In this document: positions 9,417 through 18,740 of the stretch, one piece after another
Layout of the letters: every line of letters begins with the position of its first letter
How positions within the stretch are numbered: position 1 is the first letter of the stretch
Origin: a bacterium
GTDB taxonomy: Bacteria; Auribacterota; UBA3054; JAPLST01
Direction: 5' to 3'
Length of the DNA: 64,000 nt
NCBI GenBank assembly: GCA_026417575.1
Contig: JAOACZ010000101.1
Span: 48-64,047 of the forward strand
The notes under the pieces: model-generated
Databases searched by the model: none
Seen by the model: only the letters and a program-made list of their open reading frames with translations
What the model was told of the DNA's origin: nothing
Translations under genes and position numbers: made by a program

Positions 9417-10074
9417 TGCTTCTCTCTTCCCGTCCGCGCACCTCACCGCGCCCGTTCCGATCATTCACCCAAGGAACCTTCACGACCTCACGACCCCTAC
9501 CAGACAACACCTTTAATGTACCGTGCCTTACCGCATGCGCACGCGTTGCGTGCCCGTGAAGCCGCTCTTGCTATCCAAAGCAACCACCCGGTCGGCGCGG
9601 ATTCTCATCATACTGGTGCGGAGTGCTTCCACACTCCCGCGCGCACGCCTTTGTCGTCACCCCCTCGTGCGGCACCACTTCCGCCGCGACGGCTGTATCG
9701 GTCCGTTCTGTACGAAACGCCTCCTCCCGCACTCCCCTCACGGGCCGGTCTGTTCCTTTTCGAGTGGATTTACGCAACGCTTCCTCTTTCCACTCGGCCA
9801 CCAGAACGTTTTCTCGAGCCTAAACCCACTGATTATCCTCGGGGGGCGGGAATAAAACTTCTACTTCGTCCCAAGAAGCACACCTCCGCCACACCCACCC
9901 GCTCGCATGTCAACCGTGGTCATCTCCGTAACATGGCGCCCTCTCGCCTACCCACATGAGCCCGCTCCGCCGGCCTCACATCGCCCTGATCAACCAACGC
10001 CACGATCCGCGCCGCCGCTGACGGCACTGTCGTCGCCACCTGGTGCAAAGCGCCCGCTCCCAATCCTGCGAGCC

Positions 10075-10103
10075 TTGACACGTAAATCAAAAGTGGCTAT
10101 CAT
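10075..10103 (+). promoter_or_regulatory. sigma70-type promoter candidate for the giant pseudopilin pair (TTGACA-N17-TATCAT)
   Basis: TTGACA 10075-10080, TATCAT 10098-10103, about 82-nt leader to the ATG at 10186. Confidence 0.5.
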
Positions 10104-10185
10104 CGGAAAAACGTGCGGTGACACGCGTAAACACACGTTCACAACACTGCAACCCCTTTTCTCCAACACTCACCCGCACTTACGC

Positions 10186-13100
10186 ATGAGAACCGCCCTT
10201 CTCTCCCCCACGACGCGTACGCCGCGTGGTGTCGCCCTGGTGGCCGTCTTATCAGTCTTGACCGTTCTTGCCATCCTCGCCGCCGCATTCGCCGTCCTCA
10301 CACAACTCGATATTAATAACGCGAACGCACAGCTCGAGGCGCAGCGCCTCTCTCTGCTGATCGAGTCTGGCGTCAACCATGCAGTGGCCGTCATCCAGCA
10401 AGCCCAGGCACGTGGCGAAAAAATTTCGACCTCGCCAGACAGCAGTTTGCGGCGCGCCTTCGCTGCCTTTACCGCCGGATCGGAAACCCTGAACGCGCGT
10501 GGGGCACACGCCAAGCACACCGGAATATGGCACTACGTCAAAAACAGTCGAGGAATATTGGAAGGCCGCTACTCCGTCGCCGTGGAAGATGAAGCCGCCA
10601 AAATCAACCTCAATACTGCCTTCCTGCTTCGTCCCTCCCCTGGCTCTGGCTGGCTCCCCGGAGAACTTGCCCTGACTATGGCAAGCGGGCTCCCCACCCA
10701 ATTCATGCAACGGATCCTTGACTTCCGCTACGGCCCCAATCGCGTCCCCGGCGCCCGCGGTGATGACGACGCCAACAACGTTCTTCTTATGTCAGACGGG
10801 ATCGATAACAACGCCAACGGCCTTGTCGACGAAGATGACGAGGGCCTCGAAGATCCCGGTGAATACTCACCCTATTACCCTATGGGCGATGATCGGCGCA
10901 TCACCACTATTAGTGAAGCGCTTGGTGTTGTCTTGAGCGGGCCGATTCGCCTCACCTTGGAATCACGCCGCTTGATCCAGCGTGAGATCCCGCGCCGCAC
11001 AACTCTCTACTCGATCGACATGCCGGGCTCAGCCAGTCTCCCCGCTGACGATCCCGCTGATATTAATGTCGTCTCACCCCGTCAGGCACGCAAATTAATC
11101 GGTCAAGCTAACATGCGCCGCCCGTTCGGCGCAACCCAACGCGATCTGAATCAATTAGCTGTGAATGTGGTCGATTACCGTGACCAAAATCATGTCCTTT
11201 CCACCCATGCTTCCCTGTACGGCGTAGAAGCCATCAACTTTAACGAACTTCTCGCTAATGACGGCACCCAAGGTCGCACCATCCGGAGCGGCCTGTTCTG
11301 GACAGGTGCTGGCTCGCCCACCGTCAATGACGACGCCTTTCTCGTCTGTTCCTCCGAACTCACAGGCAACGGTCTCACCTACAACTCCACCACGCTCAAC
11401 GGCGCCTATTGCTGGGACTGTGAAGTCGTCGGCCCCAACGCCATCAAACTTTTGGGACCAGCAAAACGCCTCACAAGTAGTGGCATTGCCGATGCCTGGG
11501 ACTCCACGTTTATGTCCCGCTACCGGCATTACCTCACTATGCGTGACCGCGCCGGCCAATACCCCCGGCGCGTCGTCACCGGGAATGCCGGGCTCGGCCT
11601 CGAATCGTATGAAACTATCCAATGGCCGGAAAATCTTTTTGCCCATGGTTTCCTTATCATCGGCCACAGTGCTTCAAACAGCACCTCCTGCACGGATCAG
11701 CGCAAGCTCACTATCACCAGTAGCACGCCGGATGGCATCGTCCGCGTCCAGGGTACCCTCCCCACAATCCCTCCCGGGCGCGTTTCTCGTTGCCAGATTT
11801 ACACCTGGGAGACAGAAAACGGTTACTCGCGCTGCGCTATTCCGCGCGCGCGCATGATGGTTACTGTCCAAAATCTTCGCCCCCGCGTCTATTATTTGCC
11901 TGTTGCCAGCGGCTGGCCCAATCACCGCACTCCTGACCGCCTCGGCCAGTTACGCTTTGCTCCCTTACATCGCCTCGACAGCGACAGCCGTGAGCACCGC
12001 AATCACAAGTGGGAATACGCCGGCAACGACCGCGACGCCGAGCCCGTCCGCAGCTCGCGCGGCGGCATCATGGACCTTTTCGTCGCTGGCGGCAACGGCG
12101 TACGCTACAGTGCGGATGATTGGAGCCAATTCAGTACCTGCTGGAGCATTACCTACACACGTCCTGAAGCCATTGAGCTGATTAATGTCAGCGCCCGGCC
12201 CATCTCGATCCGAAATTGGACCTTGACTTTCAACACCGGTTCGATTGTCAACGATATCGGCGTCATTGACTATGGTCAAGGTTACTCGCTGAATCAAAGC
12301 GGCTTGCGCGATCCCAACCCCGTCATCATGCCCAATGGGTATTTCTACCTCGTGAACAATATCAAACTGTTCAATGCCGAGTTCGGGAGCGGCACGCCCA
12401 GTCTCAATTGGGGTGGCAACGCCAGTCAGTACAACCCCGTGTGGCAAATACCCAGCGACGCCTGGGGCGTGCAATATGCCATTGACCGTACCATCAGCCG
12501 CTCCCAAAACAATGTCGCCGTAGCGCGCACATACCTGCGCAACGCGCGATTCCGCCCAGGCCAATTTAAAGGCGAAGTGATCGAATTCATGCGCTTGGAA
12601 AATGGCCGGCAACGCATCCCCTGCACCGCGGATGGCTCTCGCTACGAAGTTCGCGACAATGGTCGTGATTGGATTGAGTTCGCTATGCGTGCGCCCTGGG
12701 ACGCTAATCACTTCAACCCACAATCGCGCATGTTCTGGCCCCCCGCCGATACACTCATGATCGTCGGTATGCCGGCCAAGGGTGGCATTGTCTCCATGAC
12801 CCTCAAGAACGAATACAAACAAGTGGTAGCCCGCACAGTAGAGTACGCCTACCTGGAACAAGAGCCTATCGCGTGGGTCGGCAGCAGTGCAGAGAAAACC
12901 GATCCAACTCAGTACAACTGGGTCGTGCGACGTACTCCCAGTATCAGCGGCCGCCCAGAGAAAGCTGAAAATGCCGCTTCCCGGGGCCGCCGCCGTCAAC
13001 CAGTCGAAATCAAAGACGGCCCTTACGTGAGCGTCGGGGAAGTCCGCCGCGTCCGCATGGGCAACGAATTTGCGAATGTAGGTGCAGGGCGCAGCGGAGT

Positions 13101-14274
13101 GCGTCAACGCGAAACGTTAGCCGCACTCGCCGACGCCTTCTATGCCTCTGCACTCCGCCTGGAAGCGTGCGATGAGCGCGCACAACGGACGGGCTGGCAA
13201 AGTGCTCAATACACTGTCTCCGCAACACGGCCTACCAGTATTACCGCCTCTGACGCCGCGTGGGAAGTGGACATGTGGCGAAATCACACCGTCCGCTTCA
13301 TGACAGGCCGCCTGCGCGGCGAAATGTTCCCGATCTTTGGCAACTCGCGCAACACCCTCCAAATAAGCGAGCCTGGAGAACGCGCACAAGTCCGCTCCTG
13401 TCCCGGCCGCAAGCCGTTAACCGCAGCCGTCGGTGACGTGTTTACAGTCGGCCCCGGCTACGCAAGCGGCTTGTGCTATGCGCGCCAACCCGGCCAGCAA
13501 GGTGAGTGGACATGGCTGCAACGCATCGGTGTACCTGGCCGTTATCATTTGTACATCTTCGGTCTCAGTGATTCGATTAGCACTACGGAATTCCTCGAGG
13601 AAAACGATAACGCGGCCCTCGACATCGAAGTGTGGAACTACGCGACGCACCAGTACGATTTGCTCGCACGTAACCAACGCTACGGAAAAGACGACAGCAT
13701 CTACGTCGGCCAGATTTCCCCCCATCACATCTCGCCTAAGGGCGATTTCAAACTCCGCTTGACTGCCCGTGATGTTGGTGAGCGTGGCCTGGAACGTGAG
13801 ACACGCCAGACTATCCAAGCGCAGCGCCGTCGTCAGAGTGGTTTTGCCTGGTTTAACTATGCGATGTTAACCCCCATCCCCGTTCCCGGCAGAGTTAACG
13901 TCAATACAGCCGGTCCGCGCCTTCTCGCAAGCCTACCAGGAGTCTCCCTGGCACTCGCACACAACATCTATCAAGGCGTAGACGCAGGCGGCCGCGCCCT
14001 TTTGAAACCGTACAAAACATTCGGCGATCTCCTCAAAGTCCGCGGTATGACGCCAGAAATTTTTGAGCGCATCGCCAACTTACTCTGCCTCGATAGCACC
14101 GCCTACACAATTGACATTTACGCACAGACGCTCAAAGATCGTAACAATGACGGCCTCTTCGACCAAGCAAAGGAACCTGTCCAGGGGGAACGACATCGGC
14201 GCTTCGTAATTCGCACAGATGTTGATCCACTCGCCGCGCGCAATGTCGAGATACTTGAGCAGTACACACCGTAG
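10186..14274 (+). CDS. Giant GspK/PulK-like minor pseudopilin, paralog 1 (1362 aa)
   Basis: Start chosen at M94 of the track ORF: MRTALLSPTTRTPRG|VALVAVLSVLTVLAILAAAFAVL (pseudopilin-type hydrophobic N-terminus, no Glu5). GspK-like VEDEAAKINLN and ILDFRYG...GARGDDD. C-terminal GRVNVNTAGPRLLASLPGV...LKVRGMTPEIFERIANL (helix-hairpin-helix). About 1000 residues lie between these parts. Confidence 0.7.
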   Translation: MRTALLSPTTRTPRGVALVAVLSVLTVLAILAAAFAVLTQLDINNANAQLEAQRLSLLIESGVNHAVAVIQQAQARGEKISTSPDSSLRRAFAAFTAGSETLNARGAHAKHTGIWHYVKNSRGILEGRYSVAVEDEAAKINLNTAFLLRPSPGSGWLPGELALTMASGLPTQFMQRILDFRYGPNRVPGARGDDDANNVLLMSDGIDNNANGLVDEDDEGLEDPGEYSPYYPMGDDRRITTISEALGVVLSGPIRLTLESRRLIQREIPRRTTLYSIDMPGSASLPADDPADINVVSPRQARKLIGQANMRRPFGATQRDLNQLAVNVVDYRDQNHVLSTHASLYGVEAINFNELLANDGTQGRTIRSGLFWTGAGSPTVNDDAFLVCSSELTGNGLTYNSTTLNGAYCWDCEVVGPNAIKLLGPAKRLTSSGIADAWDSTFMSRYRHYLTMRDRAGQYPRRVVTGNAGLGLESYETIQWPENLFAHGFLIIGHSASNSTSCTDQRKLTITSSTPDGIVRVQGTLPTIPPGRVSRCQIYTWETENGYSRCAIPRARMMVTVQNLRPRVYYLPVASGWPNHRTPDRLGQLRFAPLHRLDSDSREHRNHKWEYAGNDRDAEPVRSSRGGIMDLFVAGGNGVRYSADDWSQFSTCWSITYTRPEAIELINVSARPISIRNWTLTFNTGSIVNDIGVIDYGQGYSLNQSGLRDPNPVIMPNGYFYLVNNIKLFNAEFGSGTPSLNWGGNASQYNPVWQIPSDAWGVQYAIDRTISRSQNNVAVARTYLRNARFRPGQFKGEVIEFMRLENGRQRIPCTADGSRYEVRDNGRDWIEFAMRAPWDANHFNPQSRMFWPPADTLMIVGMPAKGGIVSMTLKNEYKQVVARTVEYAYLEQEPIAWVGSSAEKTDPTQYNWVVRRTPSISGRPEKAENAASRGRRRQPVEIKDGPYVSVGEVRRVRMGNEFANVGAGRSGVRQRETLAALADAFYASALRLEACDERAQRTGWQSAQYTVSATRPTSITASDAAWEVDMWRNHTVRFMTGRLRGEMFPIFGNSRNTLQISEPGERAQVRSCPGRKPLTAAVGDVFTVGPGYASGLCYARQPGQQGEWTWLQRIGVPGRYHLYIFGLSDSISTTEFLEENDNAALDIEVWNYATHQYDLLARNQRYGKDDSIYVGQISPHHISPKGDFKLRLTARDVGERGLERETRQTIQAQRRRQSGFAWFNYAMLTPIPVPGRVNVNTAGPRLLASLPGVSLALAHNIYQGVDAGGRALLKPYKTFGDLLKVRGMTPEIFERIANLLCLDSTAYTIDIYAQTLKDRNNDGLFDQAKEPVQGERHRRFVIRTDVDPLAARNVEILEQYTP

Positions 14275-17200
14275 TGCTACCAGGCCCCTCCCTCCCCAGC
14301 CCTGCTCCGCTCGTTACCGCGGCGTGGCTCTCATAGCTGTCTTGTCCGTTCTTACGATCATTGCTCTGCTCGCGGCCTGCTTTGCACTGCTAATTCAGTT
14401 AGATATGGCCAATGCCAACGCGCAGCTCGACGGGCAACGGCTTGCCATGTTGACCCGTTCCGCGGTCAACCATGCTCTCGCTCTTCTCCAATCCACGGAC
14501 GCCGCTGCGCACTTGGATAACCCACACTACTCGGCTTGGGTCATGGTCGCAAACAGTGCCGGGCGCATCGAAGGCCAATACCGCTTCGTGGTGGAAGACG
14601 AGGCAGGCAAACTACATCTAAACAGTGCGTTCCTCACCACACCGTCACGCGGAACGGGATGGAGTGTAGGAGAGCAAGACCTGGCCCATGCCCTCGGCCT
14701 CTCCCCGCCCCTTGCCGCGCGGTTACTTGAGTACCGCTACGGCCAGAATCATGTACCCGGCGCACGCGGGGACGACGACGCCAACAACATTCTCCTCATG
14801 TCTGACGGCATCGATAACAACGCCAATGGGGTGGTCGACGAAGACGACGAAGGCGTGGATGATCCCGGTGAATATTCTCCTACCTACCCTTGTGGCGACG
14901 ACCGCCGTCTGACTAGCATAGCCGAGGTATTGAGCTTGTTGCTCGGCGACACACAGCGCCTGCCTCTCCGCGTGCAGCGGGCTATTCAGCACGAAATACC
15001 TCGCCGCGCCACCGTATACGCTGTTGACCTGCCAGGCTCTGCCACCCTCCCGGACGAGGAACCTGCTGATCTCAACGCCGTCAGTGTGCGCCAGGCACGT
15101 CGCCTGCTCGGCCGCGCCCAAGCCCGTACTGCATTCACAGCCACACAGCGTGAGCTCGCTCAGCTTGCCGTCAACCTGGTGGATTACCGCGATCAGAACC
15201 ATGTCCTCTCCACTCTCGCTTCAACCTACGGCGTAGAAGCAGTTAGTTTCAACGAAGTTCTTGCCAACGACGGGACCGAGGGCCGATACACTTCCTCCGG
15301 CTTCTACCCGCATTATGGTGTCGGCTACTTCGCCCAACCAACCGACCGAGATTTTAGCGTCTCCACCGCGAGCTTGTTTTGGGAATTCGACGGGAATCGT
15401 GAACTCAGCGAACACGACATGAAAACCTTCACGTTCAATAAGGCCTACGACGCGTGGAACTACCTGAATGAGGGATGTTGGGATGTGATGATCAGGGCGG
15501 GCGGCCGGGAACTCCTCCTCCTTGGTCCCGCAAAGAATATGGATAATCACGGTGTAATCAGCGAGGCCTGGCTCGTCCTCGGACACGCTAATTTCCCCGG
15601 TGAACGTTGGCGGCGCTTCCAGCACTACGTCAAAATGCGCGCGGACCTCGCCGAATATGGCCCGCGCTTCCAGCTCGGCGACCCGGGCTTCATGCAAGGA
15701 CCGCAACGATATCAAACATTTGACTGGCCGCCGGACTTTTTCAAAAACTGCTACGTCTCTGTTGGCTTTACCCGCCCGTTCATCCGCCACGCCGACTCCC
15801 ACGCAAAAGTGCTCGCCACACCAACTTCCGTGAAAATTCTCGCTAGCTCACGTGACGGCGTCCTTCGCTTGGCCACCGCGATCCAACCGACGTCCGTGCC
15901 CAGCAACGTTTCACGCGCTGTCATTTGGGGCTGGCGCACAACCGCAGCCACGGAAACCTTGACCCCCGGCTTGCTCACGCGCTTTACCTTCCAAGGTCTG
16001 CAACCCCGCACCTACTACCTCCCAGTCATCAATGCCTGGTCAAGTGCGCGCGACTTTAAGCCGCGCCTCGGCTTCGCTCCCTTCCCCCAGGTCCTCCACG
16101 ATGATCGTGAACCGGTCGGTGACTCCCGCAAGTGGACCTACGGAGGCGAGGGTGATGAGAGCGTCTGTGTGCGCACTAGTCGAGGAGGCTGTGTTGACAT
16201 CTATTTGCGCAGCGGCTCAAACCTTCGCTCAAGTGGCTCGGCCATGAACAACGGTAACTACCTCATGGGAATCACCTTCGTCCGACCGGAAGTCCTTGAA
16301 CTGTTCAACGTCAGCTCACGCCCTATTTCCTTACGTGGTTGGACACTCACGTTCAATACCGGCTCCATCGCCAATGACATCGGCACAATCGAGTATAGCA
16401 TCGGATACGGGAGTGGCGGCAGAACGCGCTTCACCAACCCAGTAATTGGAAGCAACGGTTATTTTTACCTGGTGAACAACGAGAAGCTCTTCACGGCCGA
16501 GTTTGGTTCTCGTAGGCCCGGCCCATGGGGCACCACCGCTAGTCAGCGTATCCCCATCTGGCCCATCCCCAACGACGCATGGGGAGTGCAATACCGCGTC
16601 CGTAAAATCCTGACCAGTAGCAAAGTGCAGGACTTGGAGTGGAACAACAAAATACGCTTCTACCTCGAAAACGAACGCTTCACACGTGACAACCAGTTCA
16701 AAGGTGAAGTGTTCGAAGTCCAAAAAAACACGCCTGGCGGAGCACAAGAATCCCCCATCCACGGCTCGCGTTACATCGTGCATGCGAGCGGACGGGATTG
16801 GATTGAGTTCCGCGGCGAGCGCATTGGGTGGTTCCATGCTCTCTTCACTCCCCCCGCTGCCGGAGGCTCAGGCATTGATACCCTCATGCTGCTCGGCATG
16901 CCCGCAAAGGGCGGGGTCGTCTCCATGACCTTAAAAAATGAATACAAGCAGATCTCTGCTCGGACTGTCACCTACGCCTATCGCGAACTCGAGCCGCAAA
17001 AATGGTACGGACAAAGCGCCGAGAAAGTTGACCCAACCCAGTACGAATGGGTCGTGCGCGAAATTCCAACCATCGGCGGTACGCCACGCGCAGCGCAGAG
17101 TCACGCCGCGCGTGGCACTCAGACACTCGCCCCGATTAAAAACGGCCCCTATGTGAGTGTGGGTGAACTCCAGCGCGTCCGCAGTACCCGCCCCTTCGCC

Positions 17201-18403
17201 AACCTCGGCGCCGGCTCCCGCGAAAGCGCGCGCGACCACGCAACTCTGGCGGCCCTAGCGTCATCCTTCTGCACGTCGGCATTGCGGCTCGAAGCCACTG
17301 ATCCCCGCGCTGAACGGGCGGGCTGGCAGAGTACCGTGTATACCGTCGCTGGCGTGGCTCCCGGCACACTTACCGCTGCTGACGCCGCGTGGGAAGTTGA
17401 TCAGTGGAAAGGTCAGAGTGTGCGTTTCCTTTCTGGACGCTTACGCGGTGAAATCTTCCCAATCAGCGGCAACGGCCGCACAACTCTCCACGTAGGCGAT
17501 ACTCAGGGAGGTGCCTCGCCTCGCTCGACCCCCAATGGTTCTCTCTTCACCCCCGCTCCGGGCGACGTCATTTCCGTCGGCCCCGGTTATGCCACTGGCT
17601 TATGCTACGCGCGCCGTCCAGAACAACAAGGTGAGTGGATCTGGCGCCGCCGCATCCCCATTCCAGGCCGGTACCATCTCTATGTGTTCGGTCTCAACGA
17701 CTCAATTAGCACAACGGAGTTCTTGGAAGAAAACGATAACGCCGCTTTAGACGTTGAATTGTGGAACTACCGCACATCCTCCTACGACCTTATTTGCAGA
17801 AACCAGCGCTATGGAAAAGACGATGGGTTCTATGCAGGAGTGATGCACCCTGATCATGTCTCCCCGGAGGGGGACATTCGCCTTCGTTTGACAGCACGCG
17901 ACGTGCAACCGCGCGGTGTGCCGCGCGACACACCCCACGCAGTTCAGGCCCAGCGCCGTCGTCAAAGCGGGTTCGCGTGGTTTAATTACGCCCTCATCAC
18001 GCCCGTACCCGTCTTTGGGCGCGTGAACGTCAACACAGCAACCCAACCACTCTTACGTGCTCTGCCCGGTATTACACCTGCGCTTGCCCACAACATCTGG
18101 CGCGGTATCGACACTTCCGGTCGAGCGACGCTGAAACCCTACGCCGCTCTAGGTGACCTCCTCCGCGTTCGGGGTATGACTCCAGAGGTGTTCGAACGGT
18201 TCGCCAACCTTGCGTGCGTGAACAGCCGCACCTTCACTATCGCGGTCCATGCTCGCCTCCTCAAAGACTCCTCAGCAATCTCTCACGATAGCGTCGCACA
18301 CACTCCAGTCCTGGCAGAACAGCGCACACGTGTGGTCGTTCGCATGCCACCCTCCGGCGAATCCAGTGGTATCCCGGAGATCCTTGATCACCTGCCCCAG
18401 TGA
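14243..18403 (+). CDS. Giant GspK/PulK-like minor pseudopilin, paralog 2 (about 1386 aa)
   Basis: Alignable end to end with paralog 1. Shared blocks include RG|VALIAVLSVLTIIALLAACFALL, VEDEAGKLHLN, VDYRDQNHVLST, GMPAKGGVVSMTLKNEYKQ, GRYHLYVFGLNDSISTTEFLEENDNAALD, AQRRRQSGFAWFNYA, GRVNVNTA and LRVRGMTPEVFERFANL. Start uncertain: ATG 14243 overlaps paralog 1 by 32 nt. Confidence 0.7.
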   Translation: MSRYLSSTHRSATRPLPPQPCSARYRGVALIAVLSVLTIIALLAACFALLIQLDMANANAQLDGQRLAMLTRSAVNHALALLQSTDAAAHLDNPHYSAWVMVANSAGRIEGQYRFVVEDEAGKLHLNSAFLTTPSRGTGWSVGEQDLAHALGLSPPLAARLLEYRYGQNHVPGARGDDDANNILLMSDGIDNNANGVVDEDDEGVDDPGEYSPTYPCGDDRRLTSIAEVLSLLLGDTQRLPLRVQRAIQHEIPRRATVYAVDLPGSATLPDEEPADLNAVSVRQARRLLGRAQARTAFTATQRELAQLAVNLVDYRDQNHVLSTLASTYGVEAVSFNEVLANDGTEGRYTSSGFYPHYGVGYFAQPTDRDFSVSTASLFWEFDGNRELSEHDMKTFTFNKAYDAWNYLNEGCWDVMIRAGGRELLLLGPAKNMDNHGVISEAWLVLGHANFPGERWRRFQHYVKMRADLAEYGPRFQLGDPGFMQGPQRYQTFDWPPDFFKNCYVSVGFTRPFIRHADSHAKVLATPTSVKILASSRDGVLRLATAIQPTSVPSNVSRAVIWGWRTTAATETLTPGLLTRFTFQGLQPRTYYLPVINAWSSARDFKPRLGFAPFPQVLHDDREPVGDSRKWTYGGEGDESVCVRTSRGGCVDIYLRSGSNLRSSGSAMNNGNYLMGITFVRPEVLELFNVSSRPISLRGWTLTFNTGSIANDIGTIEYSIGYGSGGRTRFTNPVIGSNGYFYLVNNEKLFTAEFGSRRPGPWGTTASQRIPIWPIPNDAWGVQYRVRKILTSSKVQDLEWNNKIRFYLENERFTRDNQFKGEVFEVQKNTPGGAQESPIHGSRYIVHASGRDWIEFRGERIGWFHALFTPPAAGGSGIDTLMLLGMPAKGGVVSMTLKNEYKQISARTVTYAYRELEPQKWYGQSAEKVDPTQYEWVVREIPTIGGTPRAAQSHAARGTQTLAPIKNGPYVSVGELQRVRSTRPFANLGAGSRESARDHATLAALASSFCTSALRLEATDPRAERAGWQSTVYTVAGVAPGTLTAADAAWEVDQWKGQSVRFLSGRLRGEIFPISGNGRTTLHVGDTQGGASPRSTPNGSLFTPAPGDVISVGPGYATGLCYARRPEQQGEWIWRRRIPIPGRYHLYVFGLNDSISTTEFLEENDNAALDVELWNYRTSSYDLICRNQRYGKDDGFYAGVMHPDHVSPEGDIRLRLTARDVQPRGVPRDTPHAVQAQRRRQSGFAWFNYALITPVPVFGRVNVNTATQPLLRALPGITPALAHNIWRGIDTSGRATLKPYAALGDLLRVRGMTPEVFERFANLACVNSRTFTIAVHARLLKDSSAISHDSVAHTPVLAEQRTRVVVRMPPSGESSGIPEILDHLPQ

Positions 18404-18675
18404 CTACCCATATTGCGCAGGCACGAGCTTTCCGCCCGTCTCACGCGCGCGCTCAAGGCGGCCTCACATATTTCCCAACGGCCCTGTGATAGTCGCCTAG
18501 TTCTCTCGAACCTGCACCATGCTGCAGACGTGGCGAGCGCGAATTTGTGCCTGCCGCTCACGCTCGATTACGCCGCCCATCGATCGCGCTGGCTTCACCT
18601 GCCCTCGCACAGATGCACGCGCGCCTCGTTTAGCAGGCCCAAGGCTTTCATCACTCACTCAAAAAACGTTCCTGC

Positions 18676-18704
18676 GTGACATTCCATACCAAATCTGCTA
18701 TACT
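18676..18704 (+). promoter_or_regulatory. sigma70-type promoter candidate (GTGACA-N17-TATACT) for the HAD hydrolase gene
   Basis: GTGACA 18676-18681, TATACT 18699-18704. GGAGGAG RBS at 18731-18737. Confidence 0.45.
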
Positions 18705-18740
18705 AACGCTGAAGTGCTTAAAGTTCCCGTGGAGGAGCCC

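Noticed and set aside
9907-10185. N-terminal extensions of track ORFs (e.g. 9907, 18519, 29220, 35389, 37470, 44609-45820, 51458-52765, 57740, 60529).
   Set aside because: The extensions are Pro/Arg/Ser-rich, overlap upstream genes or promoters, and precede internal ATGs that restore canonical family N-termini, signal peptides, RBSs or ATGA coupling.
11965-13107. 380-aa ORF antisense to giant pseudopilin paralog 1. Similar long antisense or alternative-frame ORFs include 8198-8815, 15221-15802, 20218-21040, 21015-21929, 26212-26835, 37205-38005 and 61831-62763.
   Set aside because: These are typical stop-codon-poor shadow ORFs of GC-rich DNA. Their translations are Gly/Ala/Arg/Pro-rich without recognisable motifs, and each lies opposite a gene with clear family signatures.
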